Shown: positions 19,980 through 31,336, numbered from the stretch's first letter. The stretch is DNA of 59,529 nt from Candidatus Moraniibacteriota bacterium (GCA_037133435.1 JBAXOD010000006.1:1-59529), one strand, 5' to 3'. A program made the numbers and translations. The notes: a model not told the origin generated them from the letters alone.

Positions 19980-20408
19980 TGGATATCCTATTTGTTTAGG
20001 AGGTTTGGGAAGATGATTGTAAAAATGCTGTTGCCCGTCTTATCTGCGAACTGACATCGGGCACTGAATCTGAATTATACTCCTTTATTGACGAAATGTC
20101 AATGGTTCGTAAGGGAAATGGTATTAAAAAAGCCATAAAGCATGTATCACCGGTATGTTGTGGTGATGCTTTATGGCTTTAATCGGTTGTTTGGTTCTTG
20201 TTGTGAGCCCGAGATGGCGAATATCTTTGAGATATATTCTCTACCGCCATCCTTTTCTCATGTGGCGGTTTCCTTTTGTGCTTCGAGTCACTTTTTTCGT
20301 CAATCGGGTTTTCTTCGGCAGTGAAAACCGTATCGTGGCGAAAGACAGCGCTCCAAGCAGTCTGTGTAACAGTGTATCCATGATCGCGTTGCGTTTTGAG
20401 GTTCGGGA

Positions 20409-20594
20409 TTAAATATTTTTTGTGCCTGGGAGTCTCTGACCAACATATTGGTCGTTTCTGGTCAGAAAGGACGATTTTTTGGATGATTTTTCAGCGCATT
20501 TTTTCAACCATGAGAACGTATTTCGAAATTTCGAAACGAGCAGGCGATCGAAAAAAATAGTCACGATAATCCCTAAATATAACTTTTTATTCAT
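20409..20594 (-). CDS. small hypothetical protein
   Basis: GGGAGG SD, hydrophobic N-terminus. Confidence 0.4.
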   Translation of the reverse strand: MNKKLYLGIIVTIFFDRLLVSKFRNTFSWLKKCAEKSSKKSSFLTRNDQYVGQRLPGTKNI

Positions 20595-20659
20595 GATACC
20601 TCCCGTGGTTTTTTTCGTGAATGATGCTGCACCTAAAAAACTGATGACGGTGACGGCCG

Positions 20660-20821
20660 TTATCCGGATCGGGTTAAGGGAAGAGTGTCGATGTCGTGCC
20701 GGTCGCGGTCTTCGAGCTCGGCTTTTTTGATCGTAACGTGATGACCGCGGAAATGTACAAACGAAAGTCCGATCAGGCCGAACAGGATCAGTGATACCAA
20801 GGGTAAGATGGGTTCATACAT
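20660..20821 (-). CDS. 53-aa single-TM protein (below ORF-track cutoff)
   Basis: GGGAGG SD; MYEPILPLVSLILFGLIGLSFVHF... Confidence 0.45.
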   Translation of the reverse strand: MYEPILPLVSLILFGLIGLSFVHFRGHHVTIKKAELEDRDRHDIDTLPLTRSG

Positions 20822-21285
20822 GGGAACCTCCCGCTTCATTTGGTTTGTAAGGCACTACACATTATGAAATGAAAATGCCACAGGTCGGAAAACTTGTCAA
20901 ATCCGATTCGTGTGCACGCCTGGCGGCGAAAAGAAGAAAAGCCTCTGCATGCAGAGGCTTTTGGGGTTATCCGAAAACTTATCCGAAAACATAATCCTGG
21001 AGATCCCCCATCGAGGGATCGTATCCGGTTCTTGGTGCGGGTGTGGATGGTATCCGTGGAACGGGGTCCGATTCCGGACGGAGACGCTTCTTGCTGAAAC
21101 GTATCCAACCGCTTCCAGGTCCTTTTTTCTTTTCGGCTTTCTGATGATGGCCGTTGCCGTCATGACTGTCGGCTGTGCTTCGCGGAGCGTTCGGTCTGTG
21201 CATTCGGTACGTGGTTTTTGTTCTCCGAAAAAATGAATGACGATGCGATTACTTTAAACAGATCTGAATATTCAGCCTGTGGCTC

Positions 21286-21489
21286 TTAGATTTTTACATA
21301 CGCTGCTATCCCAAGAGAAAGGGGGTGTATGCCTTGCTCTAGCAATTCGTTGGCTTTCAACACCCAGCCGAGTTCGTGCGGGGAGACAACTTTTTTGTAG
21401 ACCAGGCCTTTAAGGCTTTGCATTTCGGCCTGTCTCTTTTTCTCATATTCGGCCTGTCTCTCTTTTTCATATTTGGCTGATTCAGACAT
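21286..21489 (-). CDS. small hypothetical protein
   Basis: GGGAG SD; internal 24-nt repeat (YEKERQAE/YEKKRQAE). Confidence 0.5.
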   Translation of the reverse strand: MSESAKYEKERQAEYEKKRQAEMQSLKGLVYKKVVSPHELGWVLKANELLEQGIHPLSLGIAAYVKI

Positions 21490-21595
21490 AATGACTCCCG
21501 GTCTAGACGTTGATGATGTTAAGGACGTATTTCTTCCTTTCTACGGTATCGGGAAGGTCTTGTCAAAAGGACGGGGATATTTCCGGATACTCGAT

Positions 21596-21627
21596 AAACA
21601 AAAAGGCCCCGGGAAAACCCGGGGTCC
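21596..21627 (-). terminator. intrinsic terminator of rpmB
   Basis: minus strand GGACCCCGGG-TTTT-CCCGGGGCC-TTTTT. Confidence 0.75.
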
Positions 21628-21644
21628 ATGTAAATTGCTCCCGT

Positions 21645-21824
21645 TTACTTCGCGGCTTGCTTGGCAAGGGTCTTGATGGCCTTGGCCGAGAGGCGGACAC
21701 GCTTGCCGTCGATCTTCTTGGTCTGAAGGTTCACGGCGAAGGTCCGGCGGGTGGCGATGTTGGAATGGCTGCGCTTGTTGCCGGCGCGTGTACCGCGACC
21801 GGTCAGCTGACATACTCGGCTCAT
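21645..21824 (-). CDS. rpmB: 50S ribosomal protein bL28 (not in ORF track)
   Basis: hand translation [45 protein letters not shown], 59 aa. Confidence 0.95.
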   Translation of the reverse strand: MSRVCQLTGRGTRAGNKRSHSNIATRRTFAVNLQTKKIDGKRVRLSAKAIKTLAKQAAK

Positions 21825-21928
21825 ATTCGGAGGTCTTGAGGTATTACAGGGGACAGGCTATCATGGGAAACGGAAAAGGGCAAGGGGCCCGGCGGAGCCG
21901 GGACATAATTTCGAATTTTGAAAGGGGA

Positions 21929-22053
21929 CCCGCCTACGCCAAACTACGGCGTGGCACAGCCCGCCTACGCCAAGCTACGGCGTGGCACAGCCCGCCTACG
22001 CCAAGTTACGGCGTGGCACAGTCCGCCTACACTGGAGTTATGGCGTGGCGAAG
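21929..22053 (+). repeat. tandem array of four 31-bp REP-like units
   Basis: CCCGCCTACGCCAA..TACGGCGTGGCACAG at 21929, 21960, 21991 and 22022; no spacers. Confidence 0.9.
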
Positions 22054-22079
22054 CGGGGAAGAAGGAAAATGGGTATTTG

Positions 22080-22206
22080 ATTCTCTTCTCAGGGTCTAAT
22101 ACCCCGCGGCTTGCCGCGGATAGGTCTCGCGAAGCGGGACTGGATCCCGGATCAAGTCCGGGACAAGTCAGGAGATACCTCGCGGCTTGCCGCGAGGAGT
22201 TTCATT
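22080..22206. mobile_element. non-autonomous two-hairpin element (IS200/IS605-end-like), copy 1
   Basis: near-identical to 50973-51102; hairpins CCGCGGCTTGCCGCGG and CCTCGCGGCTTGCCGCGAGG with a central CCCGGATCAAGTCCGGG palindrome. Confidence 0.55.
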
Positions 22207-22220
22207 GAAAGGGAAATATT

Positions 22221-22586
22221 ATGGGTGAACCGGAGAAACCATACGACCTTGAGGAGCGGACGGCACGATTCGGGGAATCAATCATACGGTTTTGCAGATC
22301 TCTTGGACAGGATGCTATCATGAAACCTCTCATTTCTCAGATCGTACGATCTGCGACGAGCGTCGGGGCGAACTATTGCGAGGCGAACGGAGCCAACTCA
22401 AAAAAAGATTTTCGGAATAAGATACATATCTGTAAAAAAGAGATCCAGGAAACGAAGCACTGGCCGCGAATGATTTCGACGGCGAGTCCCGAGAAAAGTG
22501 AAATCGCACGTGGCATTTGGAAGGAGGCCTAGGAATTGACGTTGATATTCGGGAAGATTCTTTCCAGCATGCGTGAATCCGAGTAA
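22221..22586 (+). pseudogene. four-helix-bundle (23S rRNA IVP/Avd-like) gene with in-frame TAG at 22530-22532
   Basis: YDLEERT..F, QIVRSATSVGANYCEA, SKKDF..KI.I..KE..ET; frame continues ELTLIFGKILSSMRESE-TAA past the TAG. Confidence 0.8.
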
Positions 22587-22641
22587 ACGTTATCCGTTTC
22601 AAAATTCGAAATTCGAAATTCAAAATTCAATATTCCGTATT

Positions 22642-23364
22642 ATGATCAATGAACTCGTGCTGGTGGGATTTTATTTCCTGACGCTGATCTATTCCGTGGT
22701 CATCCACGAGGTGTCGCACGGATGGATGGCGTGGTGGCTCGGGGACCTGACGGCCAAGTACGCCGGCAGGCTCGACCTGAACCCGATGAAGCATATCGAT
22801 CCGTTCGGGTCGATCATCGTGCCTATCGCGATGTTCTTGACGACCGGGTTCGCGTTCGGCTGGGCCAAGCCGGTGCCGTACAATCCGTACAACCTCCGCG
22901 ATCAGAAGTGGGGACCGGCGCTCGTCGCGATCGCGGGGCCGCTTTCTAATCTTACGCTCGCGCTTCTGGCGGTCACGGTGAGCCGGCTCTTGCCGTTGTC
23001 GCTTGCCGCGAAGGGGGAAGTCTTCTCGAAGTTTCTGGGTGTCTTGTCGGGGGCCGGGGGATTCTCGGACCGGTGGGGACTGTTCGCCTCCTCGCTTTCC
23101 GGATCGTTCCCGAAGATCTTCTTCGGGCTCATGCTGTTCGTCATTTTCTGGAACGTGTTGCTCGCGTTCTTCAACCTGATCCCGATCCCGCCACTCGACG
23201 GGTCCAAACTTCTCTATGCCACGTTCTCGCTCAAACAGGAGACTGTCATGTTTCTGGAGCGGTACGGGTTCTTCATCCTGCTCTTCGTGGTGTTCTTCCT
23301 CTCGACACCGGTCTCGATCGTGCTCAATACGGGGCTCAACTTCTTTTTCGGGCTGATGTTTTGA
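22642..23364 (+). CDS. site-2 protease (M50 family)
   Basis: HEVSH, LNP..HIDPFG, GWAKPVP, AGP.SN, FNLIPIPPLDG; ATG 22642. Confidence 0.92.
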   Translation: MINELVLVGFYFLTLIYSVVIHEVSHGWMAWWLGDLTAKYAGRLDLNPMKHIDPFGSIIVPIAMFLTTGFAFGWAKPVPYNPYNLRDQKWGPALVAIAGPLSNLTLALLAVTVSRLLPLSLAAKGEVFSKFLGVLSGAGGFSDRWGLFASSLSGSFPKIFFGLMLFVIFWNVLLAFFNLIPIPPLDGSKLLYATFSLKQETVMFLERYGFFILLFVVFFLSTPVSIVLNTGLNFFFGLMF

Positions 23365-23373
23365 CGAAGATTA

Positions 23374-23474
23374 AAAAGTCAAAAGTCCATCAGGTCTGTA
23401 AGGTCTGTAAGGTCGAAAATCCAGGGAAACAAACAACTGACAACATATCGCTGACAACGAAGAACCCGCCTACG
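23374..23474 (+). repeat. 9-mer (AAGGTCTGT-type) and heptamer arrays plus partial REP after the stop
   Basis: read directly. Confidence 0.8.
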
Positions 23475-23574
23475 CATTTTTGCTCTCATTTGACCGTTGT
23501 TGGCTTTCGGTATATAAGGGTAAGGATATATTTATTTAACAATCATAACCCAACTCAATTTTGAGGAGAAAAAG

Positions 23575-24231
23575 ATGAAAGGAACCGAAACCCCCGTAAA
23601 AGAAATCGTTTTCAGTCTGATGCCAATGAAGTCTAAGACTGAAGGGTCGAATGCTGTCGTTTTGACTGATAAAAAAAAGGATGTTGATACCGCGCGATGG
23701 TGCGACGTAGTCGAGGCGGCTCGCATATTACTTGCCGAAGACCAGACGTTCGTCGGCGTCCGCATTTTCGTTTTGGACGACCTGGGAGTTATCATGAAAG
23801 CCGTCGAGGGATTTCCGAACGGAAGGTTCAGGATCTGTTCGTCTTCGTCGGCACTGTTCCCGTATCACTATTCGACGGATATGGATCGGACCGAAGGCAT
23901 GAATTCCAGGTTTATCGATTTCGTGATGATCGCCCAAAAGAAAGTCCTGAACGAGGGGAAACGCGAATGCGGGTTTGTGGATCAGGACAAAGAAACCATA
24001 TCGATCGTGCCAAACAGTTTTTGGGAAACGGCCCTTCAACGTTTGGGTTCGTTCCAAAAAAGACAGGAAGAGGCGGGAATCAAATTCGATCGAATCGTCC
24101 TACTGACAGCAATCGATTCAGAAGAGATGATAAAAGACCTTCCGGATTTTCCTGTTGATGAGTTTTTCGATTTTTGCGTCTGTCGTCGATATATTTACTC
24201 TTCGCAAAACAGGGAAAAAGAAAAAAAGTGA
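23575..24231 (+). CDS. hypothetical protein
   Basis: 218-aa ORF with GAGGAG SD; no motif recognised. Confidence 0.6.
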   Translation: MKGTETPVKEIVFSLMPMKSKTEGSNAVVLTDKKKDVDTARWCDVVEAARILLAEDQTFVGVRIFVLDDLGVIMKAVEGFPNGRFRICSSSSALFPYHYSTDMDRTEGMNSRFIDFVMIAQKKVLNEGKRECGFVDQDKETISIVPNSFWETALQRLGSFQKRQEEAGIKFDRIVLLTAIDSEEMIKDLPDFPVDEFFDFCVCRRYIYSSQNREKEKK

Positions 24232-24379
24232 TCGGAATCCAGATCGTGTCCAAGGCAGTCATGCTTAATCGCATGGCTGCTGTTTTTTATCCGGTCCGGA
24301 TTGATAAGCAAGCATTCGCAGTGTACAAAAGGAGCACTTTCGTTCGCAGTTTCTTTAACAGTACAAACCCTGATACGCC

Positions 24380-24994
24380 ATGAGCCAGAAAAAAAATCTA
24401 CCGACATTCACCATTACCATAAAACGTGTCAAGGCGATTGAGCCGATTACCGGGAAAATAGTCACGAATGATTGGGACCAGGTTGTCGCTGCTGTGTGCC
24501 GCATGCTTCGGGATGACGCCTATTACAGTAATCCTGTAACGACATTCATAAAAGTCGTCTGCGACCGGGGAGAAACGTATGCCTCGAGCTTCTCCGGTCT
24601 TCGACGCACGTATTTTTCCGCCCTTCACAAAGAAAAAGGTCTGACGCTGAGACGGTTTTTCGGGAACGCTATCCGTATCGTCGTGCAAATGTATGATTGG
24701 GTAAATTGTCACTTCGCCGATATCGGAAGGGCACGGTTCCGTTGGTTTCCTCCGGATCGCGACAAATACTGGCTCGAAGTCAATCAACATGCCGCCGCGT
24801 TTCTTGTGCGGCAGAATACGAAATGGGAGAAAGGGATCAGCTACAGACCGGATAGAATCATCGTCATCTATCCTTTCAGTCGGTATGTTTTCGATTCCGT
24901 TTTCCCTGATATTCCGGCGGCAGGGTTTTCCGGTAAATCAACGGAAGAGAAACTTATCAAAGTGTTATTTTTGAGGCCATTGTATGCTGGATGA
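24380..24994 (+). CDS. hypothetical protein
   Basis: 204-aa ORF; shares a DRI(V/I) segment with the previous ORF, possibly a distant paralog. Confidence 0.55.
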   Translation: MSQKKNLPTFTITIKRVKAIEPITGKIVTNDWDQVVAAVCRMLRDDAYYSNPVTTFIKVVCDRGETYASSFSGLRRTYFSALHKEKGLTLRRFFGNAIRIVVQMYDWVNCHFADIGRARFRWFPPDRDKYWLEVNQHAAAFLVRQNTKWEKGISYRPDRIIVIYPFSRYVFDSVFPDIPAAGFSGKSTEEKLIKVLFLRPLYAG

Positions 24995-25342
24995 GCTTCT
25001 TGTAAGGAATGTATTACAGTCATCGATTCGGGATATCGGTGGCTGTTCTTTTTTTTCGAAAAGGTTTCTGCCACGAGATTTTTCGGAGCGTGTCATTACA
25101 TTTCGGGTCTGTTTGAAAAAGGCGAAAAGTCCGAAATTGAAAACACAGTACTATTTTGGCTTTCTTAAGGGACGAATTTTCGGCGAAATTCGATTATTTG
25201 CACATTTCGAATAATTAAGTGTGACGATTCATACTCTCCCACCCTTCACCTTCGAGGACTCAGAAGCTCCCCTCGAAAGCGGAGCAAGTCTCCCTTTTTG
25301 TTCCATGTTATCTGTTCCATGTCTACTGTTCCCTGACCCCGG

Positions 25343-25371
25343 TTGACAAGATTTCCGCTTTCCCCTACCAT
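25343..25371 (+). promoter_or_regulatory. str operon promoter
   Basis: TTGACA-17nt-TACCAT. Confidence 0.7.
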
Positions 25372-25415
25372 TCGATTACAGCGTTTCGCGCTTTTTCATT
25401 TTGTATCCCGAACGG

Positions 25416-25838
25416 ATGACCACCATCAACCAGCTGATCAAGCACCCGCGCAAGTCGACTTCCCGAAAATCGAAGTCGCCGGCGATGCAGTATCTCTCCA
25501 ATACGATCCACAATACCAAGACCTGGTCCAGTGGTCCGTTTAAGCGTGGCGTGTGCACCAAGGTGACGACCGTCACCCCGAAGAAACCGAACTCGGCACT
25601 CCGCAAGATTGCCCGTGTGCGCCTTTCCAACGGTATGGAAGTCTCGGCCTATATCCCGGGCGAGGGACACAATCTCCAGGAGCACTCGATCGTGATGATC
25701 CGTGGTGGCCGCGTGAAGGACCTTCCGGGCGTGCGCTACCACATCGTCCGCGGCGTGCTCGATACCGGAGGAGTCGCCAACCGGCGCCGGAGCCGCTCCA
25801 AGTACGGAGCCAAGCGCCCGAAGGCCGCGAAGGAATAA
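25416..25838 (+). CDS. rpsL: 30S ribosomal protein uS12
   Basis: [28 protein letters not shown]; ATG 25416. Confidence 0.98.
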   Translation: MTTINQLIKHPRKSTSRKSKSPAMQYLSNTIHNTKTWSSGPFKRGVCTKVTTVTPKKPNSALRKIARVRLSNGMEVSAYIPGEGHNLQEHSIVMIRGGRVKDLPGVRYHIVRGVLDTGGVANRRRSRSKYGAKRPKAAKE

Positions 25839-25858
25839 TCCTCAACTAACGATTCTCA

Positions 25859-25950
25859 TAACTGACAACTGACAACTGACAACTGACAACATGGGGCCAT
25901 AGGGATGGATACTCCGCAGTTGTAAGTTATAAGTTGTAAGTCGTAAGTTG
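25859..25950. repeat. inverted heptamer arrays forming a 32-bp imperfect stem
   Basis: (AACTGAC)4 vs (GTAAGTT)4, 28-nt loop. Confidence 0.9.
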
Positions 25951-25958
25951 CGCAGCAT

Positions 25959-26426
25959 ATGCCCCGAAGAAAACGACAATACGGACGCCCGTGGAAGGCG
26001 GATGCGAAATACGACAGCCCGCTCGTGGGTCATTTTATCGGTCTCATCATGTGGGACGGCAAGAAGAACGCGGCCGAGAAGATCATCTATGACGCGTTCG
26101 ACATCATCCATGAGCGAACCAAGAAGGGCGGACTGAACGTTTTCGAACAGGCGATCAAGAACATTTCTCCGCTTTTGGAGCTCAAGAGCCGTCGCGTGGG
26201 AGGTGCGAACTATCAGGTGCCGATCCCGGTTTCCGGAGATCGCCGTCAGACACTCGCGATGCGCTGGATCCGCGAGGCCTGCCGCAAGCAGGGAGGGAAG
26301 CCGATGGCTGATCGGCTCGCGACCGAACTCATCGACGCTTCGAACCGTGCCGGCATGGCGATGAAGAAGCGCGAGGAAGTGCACCGCATGGCCGAGGCCA
26401 ACAAGGCGTTCGCGCATTTCGCTTAG
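25959..26426 (+). CDS. rpsG: 30S ribosomal protein uS7
   Basis: SRRVGGANYQVP, HRMAEANKAFAH. Confidence 0.98.
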   Translation: MPRRKRQYGRPWKADAKYDSPLVGHFIGLIMWDGKKNAAEKIIYDAFDIIHERTKKGGLNVFEQAIKNISPLLELKSRRVGGANYQVPIPVSGDRRQTLAMRWIREACRKQGGKPMADRLATELIDASNRAGMAMKKREEVHRMAEANKAFAHFA

Positions 26427-26441
26427 AAGAATTCAAAGCAT

Positions 26442-26528
26442 GTTAACGTGTTAACGGGTTAACGGGTTGTTTTCTTCGGGACAACCTGTTTGTTTTTCGG
26501 TAACGCGTGAACGCGTGAACCCGTGAAC
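26442..26528. repeat. inverted octamer arrays with internal cUUCGg hairpin
   Basis: (GTTAACGG)3 vs (GCGTGAAC)3. Confidence 0.85.
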
Positions 26529-26566
26529 CGAATAATTTTTCATAAGATTTCAGTAAGAAAAAAATT

Positions 26567-28681
26567 ATGGCCCGTCTCAAGCCTATCGATCATATCCGCA
26601 ATATCGGCATCATCGCGCACATCGACGCGGGGAAGACCACCACGACCGAACGCGTGCTTTTCTATACCGGCATCACGCACAAGATCGGCGAGGTGCACGA
26701 GGGCGAGGCAACCATGGACTGGATGGAACAGGAACGCGAACGCGGCATCACCATCACTTCGGCCGCGACGACGTGCTTTTGGAAAGATCATCAGATCAAT
26801 ATCATCGATACCCCCGGGCACGTGGACTTCACTGTGGAAGTGGAGCGATCTTTGCGCGTCCTCGATGGCGGTGTCGTCGTGTTCGACGGCAAGGAAGGCG
26901 TGGAACCGCAGTCCGAGACCGTGTGGCGTCAGGCGGAAAAGTACAAGGTGCCGCGCATGTGTTTCATCAACAAGATCGACAAAGAGGGTGCCGACTTCGA
27001 GGTCGCGCTCGCTTCCATTTGGAACCGGTTGACCCCGAACGCGTTCGCGATGCAGATCCCGATGGGGGAGCGCGGTGATTTCTACGGTGTCGTCGACCTC
27101 CTTACCATGAAAGGATACACGTTCGATGGTCCGATGGGAGAGATCGTGATCGAAGGGGAGATCCCGGCGGAGCTCGTCGAGAAGGCCAAGACATGGCGCG
27201 AGAAGCTCGTGGAGAAGGTCGCCGAGACCGACGATACGCTGACCGAAAAATTCCTCGGGGGCGAGGAGATCTCCGTCGCCGAGCTCAAGGCGGCGATCCG
27301 CCGCGGTGTCATCGCGACGAAGCTTATTCCGGTCTTCACCGGGACGGCGCTTCGCAATAAGGGCGTACAACTTGTGCTCGACGCGGTCGTGGACTATCTG
27401 CCGTCGCCTTCGGACGTGCCGCCGATGGTCGGGGAAGACGTGAAGACCGGTGCGCCGATGACGCGCAAGCCGAGCGATGAGGAGCCGTTCTCGGCACTCG
27501 CGTTCAAGATCGCGACCGATCCCTTTATCGGACAGCTCACCTTCTTCCGCGTCTACTCGGGAAGCCTGAAGGCGGGCAGCTACATACTCAACTCGTCCAA
27601 GGACGGCAAGGAACGCGTCGGCCGCATCGTCCGCATGCATGCGAGCCATCGCGAAGAGGTGGAGGACATCTCTGCCGGCGATATCGGCGCGCTTGTCGGC
27701 ATGAAGATGACGACGACCGGCGATACGCTGTGCGATCCGGAACACCCGATACTGCTCGAATCCATCACGTTCCCGGAGCCGGTCATCGACATCGCGATCG
27801 AACCGAAGACCAAGGCCGACCAGGAGAAGATGGGCGTCGCGCTCAAGAAGCTCGCCGAGGAGGATCCGACCTTCCGCGTCCATACCGACGAGGATTCCGG
27901 GCAGACCATCCTTTCGGGCATGGGTGAACTGCACCTCGACATCATCATCGACCGCATGAAGCGCGAGTTCAAGGTGGAAGTGAACGTGGGCCGGCCGCAG
28001 GTGGCGTACCGCGAGACGATCCGTCAGACCGCGCAGGCCGAAGGGAAATACGTCCGCCAGTCCGGCGGTCGCGGACAGTACGGCCATTGCTGGCTGCGCG
28101 TGGAACCGCGTGAACCGGGCGCGGGGTACGAGTTCGACAACGAGATCAAGGGCGGTCTCATCCCGAACGAATTCATCAAGCCGATCGATCGCGGCGTACA
28201 GGGGGCGATGGAGACCGGCGTGGTCGCCGGATACCCGATGGTCGACATCAAGGTCGTCGTGTACGACGGATCCTATCACGATGTGGACTCCTCGGAGGCC
28301 GCGTTCAAGATCGCCGGTTCGCTCGCGTTCAAGGAAGCGACCCGCCGCGCCAAGCCGGTGCTGCTCGAACCGATCATGAACGTCGTCGTCATTTCGCCGG
28401 AACAGTTCATGGGCGACGTGGTGGGCGACATCAACTCCAAGCGCGGTATCATCAAGGAGATGCAGGACCGCGGCGAGGGGAACGCCCGGGTGAAGGAGAT
28501 CCATGCCGATGTGCCGCTCGCGTCCATGTTCGGCTATGCGACCTCGCTTCGCTCCATGTCTCAGGGCCGCGCCAGCTATTCGATGGAATTCGGCCAGTAC
28601 GCGGAGGCCCCGTCGAACGTGCAGGCGGCGATCATCGAGAGCCGGCAGGGGGTGGTGAAGTCGGCCGCGGTGGAGGAATAA
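26567..28681 (+). CDS. fusA: elongation factor G
   Basis: [30 protein letters not shown]. Confidence 0.98.
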   Translation: MARLKPIDHIRNIGIIAHIDAGKTTTTERVLFYTGITHKIGEVHEGEATMDWMEQERERGITITSAATTCFWKDHQINIIDTPGHVDFTVEVERSLRVLDGGVVVFDGKEGVEPQSETVWRQAEKYKVPRMCFINKIDKEGADFEVALASIWNRLTPNAFAMQIPMGERGDFYGVVDLLTMKGYTFDGPMGEIVIEGEIPAELVEKAKTWREKLVEKVAETDDTLTEKFLGGEEISVAELKAAIRRGVIATKLIPVFTGTALRNKGVQLVLDAVVDYLPSPSDVPPMVGEDVKTGAPMTRKPSDEEPFSALAFKIATDPFIGQLTFFRVYSGSLKAGSYILNSSKDGKERVGRIVRMHASHREEVEDISAGDIGALVGMKMTTTGDTLCDPEHPILLESITFPEPVIDIAIEPKTKADQEKMGVALKKLAEEDPTFRVHTDEDSGQTILSGMGELHLDIIIDRMKREFKVEVNVGRPQVAYRETIRQTAQAEGKYVRQSGGRGQYGHCWLRVEPREPGAGYEFDNEIKGGLIPNEFIKPIDRGVQGAMETGVVAGYPMVDIKVVVYDGSYHDVDSSEAAFKIAGSLAFKEATRRAKPVLLEPIMNVVVISPEQFMGDVVGDINSKRGIIKEMQDRGEGNARVKEIHADVPLASMFGYATSLRSMSQGRASYSMEFGQYAEAPSNVQAAIIESRQGVVKSAAVEE

Positions 28682-28702
28682 GGGGAGCAGAGAAGGTTCT
28701 CC

Positions 28703-28731
28703 TTGACAGGGGGAAATTTTATTGGTACGAT
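28703..28731 (+). promoter_or_regulatory. internal promoter for tuf/S10
   Basis: TTGACA-17nt-TACGAT with extended -10 TG. Confidence 0.75.
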
Positions 28732-28887
28732 TCCCATTGATGTTCTCATCCTGGAATGTTTCGGTATTTCGATATCGAAAAGGCCGCGGAAAAGGACTTT
28801 CATCATCGAAGAAAAAAGATAATAATTCATTTCACTCGATTGCGGCAGCGAGGGGGTGTCCCATCGTGGTTGCGGTCCGTACGCGTT

Positions 28888-30081
28888 ATGGCAGTAGAAC
28901 AGTTTCAGCGGAACAAATTGCACGTCAACGTGGGCACCATCGGCCACGTTGACCACGGAAAGACCACCCTCACGGCGGCCATCCTGAACGTGCTTTCGTA
29001 CAAGGGATTCGCGAAGAAGAAGAACATCGACGATATCGACAAGGCGCCGGAAGAGAAGGAGCGCGGTATCACGATCGCGACCGCCCATTGCGAATACGAG
29101 TCCGATACCCGTCACTACGCGCACGTCGACTGCCCGGGGCATGCCGACTATATCAAGAACATGATTACGGGCGCCGCCCAGATGGACGGAGCGATTCTCG
29201 TGGTGTCCGCGACCGACGGCCCGATGCCGCAGACCCGCGAACACATCCTCTTGGCGCGCCAGGTTGGCGTGCCGGAAGTCGTCGTCTTTCTGAACAAGGT
29301 GGACATGGTGGATGATCCGGAACTCGTCGACCTCGTGGAGGCGGAAGTCCGTGAACTGCTCACGAAATACGAATTCGACGGCGACGGCGCCTCGGTCATC
29401 CGCGGTTCGGCCCTGAAGGCGCTTGAGGCGACGTCCCTCGAGGACGAGGCGACGAAACCAGTGCTCGATCTTATCGCGGCGCTTGACGTCAAGATCCCGG
29501 ATCCGGTCCGCGACATCGACAAGCCGTTCCTCATGCCGATCGAAGACATCTTCTCGATCGAAGGACGCGGAACGGTCGTCACGGGACGCATCGAGCGCGG
29601 TATCGTCAATATCAACGAGGAAGTCGAGATCATCGGCCTCAAGGATACGGCGAAGACCGTCGTGACCGGCATCGAGATGTTTAACAAGAACCTCGACAAG
29701 GGCCAGGCCGGAGACAACGCCGGACTCCTCATCCGCGGTATCAAGAAGGAAGACGTCGAGCGCGGTCAGGTGCTCGCGAAGCCGGGTTCGATCACACCGC
29801 ACACTGAGTTCGAGGGACAGATCTACATCCTCACCAAGGAGGAAGGCGGCCGTCATACCCCGTTCTTCAAGGGATATAAGCCACAGTTCTACATCCGCAC
29901 CACGGACGTGACCGGAGAGGTGGAGCTTCCGGAGGGGACCGAAATGGTCATGCCGGGCGACACCGTCACGCTCAAGATCAAGCTTATCGCCCCGGTGGCC
30001 ATGGAAGAGGGTATGCGCTTCGCGATCCGCGAGGGTGGTCGGACGGTCGGCGCCGGAGCCACGACGAAGATCATCAAATAA
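28888..30081 (+). CDS. tuf: elongation factor Tu
   Basis: [21 protein letters not shown]; ATG 28888. Confidence 0.98.
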   Translation: MAVEQFQRNKLHVNVGTIGHVDHGKTTLTAAILNVLSYKGFAKKKNIDDIDKAPEEKERGITIATAHCEYESDTRHYAHVDCPGHADYIKNMITGAAQMDGAILVVSATDGPMPQTREHILLARQVGVPEVVVFLNKVDMVDDPELVDLVEAEVRELLTKYEFDGDGASVIRGSALKALEATSLEDEATKPVLDLIAALDVKIPDPVRDIDKPFLMPIEDIFSIEGRGTVVTGRIERGIVNINEEVEIIGLKDTAKTVVTGIEMFNKNLDKGQAGDNAGLLIRGIKKEDVERGQVLAKPGSITPHTEFEGQIYILTKEEGGRHTPFFKGYKPQFYIRTTDVTGEVELPEGTEMVMPGDTVTLKIKLIAPVAMEEGMRFAIREGGRTVGAGATTKIIK

Positions 30082-30170
30082 GCTTTTCAGGGAACCGAGC
30101 GGGTGGAACCGATTCCACCCGCGATCGTTCCCGGAAACGGCGACACGTACGTAAGTCTTTTGCAACGGAA

Positions 30171-30500
30171 ATGGCAAAAAAAATCGAAAATCAGACGGAG
30201 TCGCGGATGCGCGTGAAGATCAAGTCGTACGACCACAAGGTCATCGATTCGTCCGCACGCAAGATCGTCGAGACGGCCGAGCGGAGCGGGGCGAATGTCA
30301 CGGGACCGGTGCCGCTGCCGACGGAGATCCACAAGGTGACGGTCAACCGTTCGACCTTCGTCCACAAGAAGTCCCGCGACCAGTTCGAAATGCGGGTCCA
30401 CAAGCGCCTGATCGACATCCTCAACTCGACCCCGAAGACGATCGACCTCATGATGAACCTCGATCTTCCGACGGGAGTGGACGTGGAGATCAAGATGTAG
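30171..30500 (+). CDS. rpsJ: 30S ribosomal protein uS10
   Basis: [23 protein letters not shown]. Confidence 0.97.
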   Translation: MAKKIENQTESRMRVKIKSYDHKVIDSSARKIVETAERSGANVTGPVPLPTEIHKVTVNRSTFVHKKSRDQFEMRVHKRLIDILNSTPKTIDLMMNLDLPTGVDVEIKM

Positions 30501-30587
30501 TAAGATCGGCAGGTTTTGAACAATACGATACTCGTTAAAGTCCGATTCCCGTGTATTTCGCGGGCGTTGCGAATGGGTCAAGGATGG

Positions 30588-30623
30588 CCCGCCCGCATCG
30601 CTACGCGAAGCGTTGCGGGCGGG
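30588..30623. repeat. palindromic element of the family seen at 1-193
   Basis: CCCGCCCGCATCGCT-ACGCGA-AGCGTTGCGGGCGGG. Confidence 0.75.
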
Positions 30624-30712
30624 GGATACTCAACGGGCCAGGCCTTAAGGAAGCGTTTGGCTGTGCACGGACGGCTTTTTATTTTCCTCGGATTCTGATA
30701 TCCGGTACTGAT

Positions 30713-31336
30713 ATGAAATTCATCATCGGCAAAAAACTCGGGATGACGACGATACACGGCGAACGGGTCGCGGAGAACACGACCCTGATTTCGTGCGACC
30801 AGAATACGGTCTCGCAGGTCCGCACCGTCGAAAAGGACGGCTATGCGGCGGTGCAGGTCGAGACGAAGAAGACTTCCAAGAAGACGGTGAAGCGCGAATT
30901 CCGCGCCCCGTTCTCCGCGAAGGGAAAGGACGAGGCGGCGGCGACCGTGGCCATCGGCGAGACGAAGATCGGTGATACGGTTTCCGTCTCACTCTTCGAG
31001 GTCGGCGATATCGTGGATGTGTCGGGTGTCACCAAGGCGAAAGGATTCCAGGGTGTCGTGAAGCGGCACGGGTTCGGCGGAGCACCTGCGAGCCATGGAC
31101 GCAAACATGATATGCGCAAGCCTGGTTCGATCGGCGCGACCTTCCCGGAACACGTCATTAAGGGAAAGCGGATGGCGGGCCGGATGGGTGGCGAGAACTT
31201 CACGGTGCGCGGTCTGCGGGTGGTGCTGGTGGATGCCGAAAAGAACCTCATCGGGGTACGCGGCGCGGTCCCGGGAAACAACGGGGGTGTCGTCGGAGTC
31301 AGGGGCATGGGCAAGAAAGTCGGCAAGGCTGCATAA
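30713..31336 (+). CDS. rplC: 50S ribosomal protein uL3
   Basis: GKKLGMT, KGFQGVVKR, PGSIG, GKRMAGRMG; ATG 30713. Confidence 0.97.
   Translation: MKFIIGKKLGMTTIHGERVAENTTLISCDQNTVSQVRTVEKDGYAAVQVETKKTSKKTVKREFRAPFSAKGKDEAAATVAIGETKIGDTVSVSLFEVGDIVDVSGVTKAKGFQGVVKRHGFGGAPASHGRKHDMRKPGSIGATFPEHVIKGKRMAGRMGGENFTVRGLRVVLVDAEKNLIGVRGAVPGNNGGVVGVRGMGKKVGKAA

Noticed and set aside
21929-22053. 31/32-bp periodic arrays (also 50428-50533) as CRISPR
   Set aside because: Units are head-to-tail with no spacers.
22530-22532. Amber or TGA recoding
   Set aside because: TAG ends rpsG, rplN and map at expected positions, and TGA ends adk and the M50 protease normally.
22221-22586. Diversity-generating retroelement suggested by the Avd-like gene
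   Set aside because: No reverse transcriptase and no TR/VR pair with adenine-specific differences seen.
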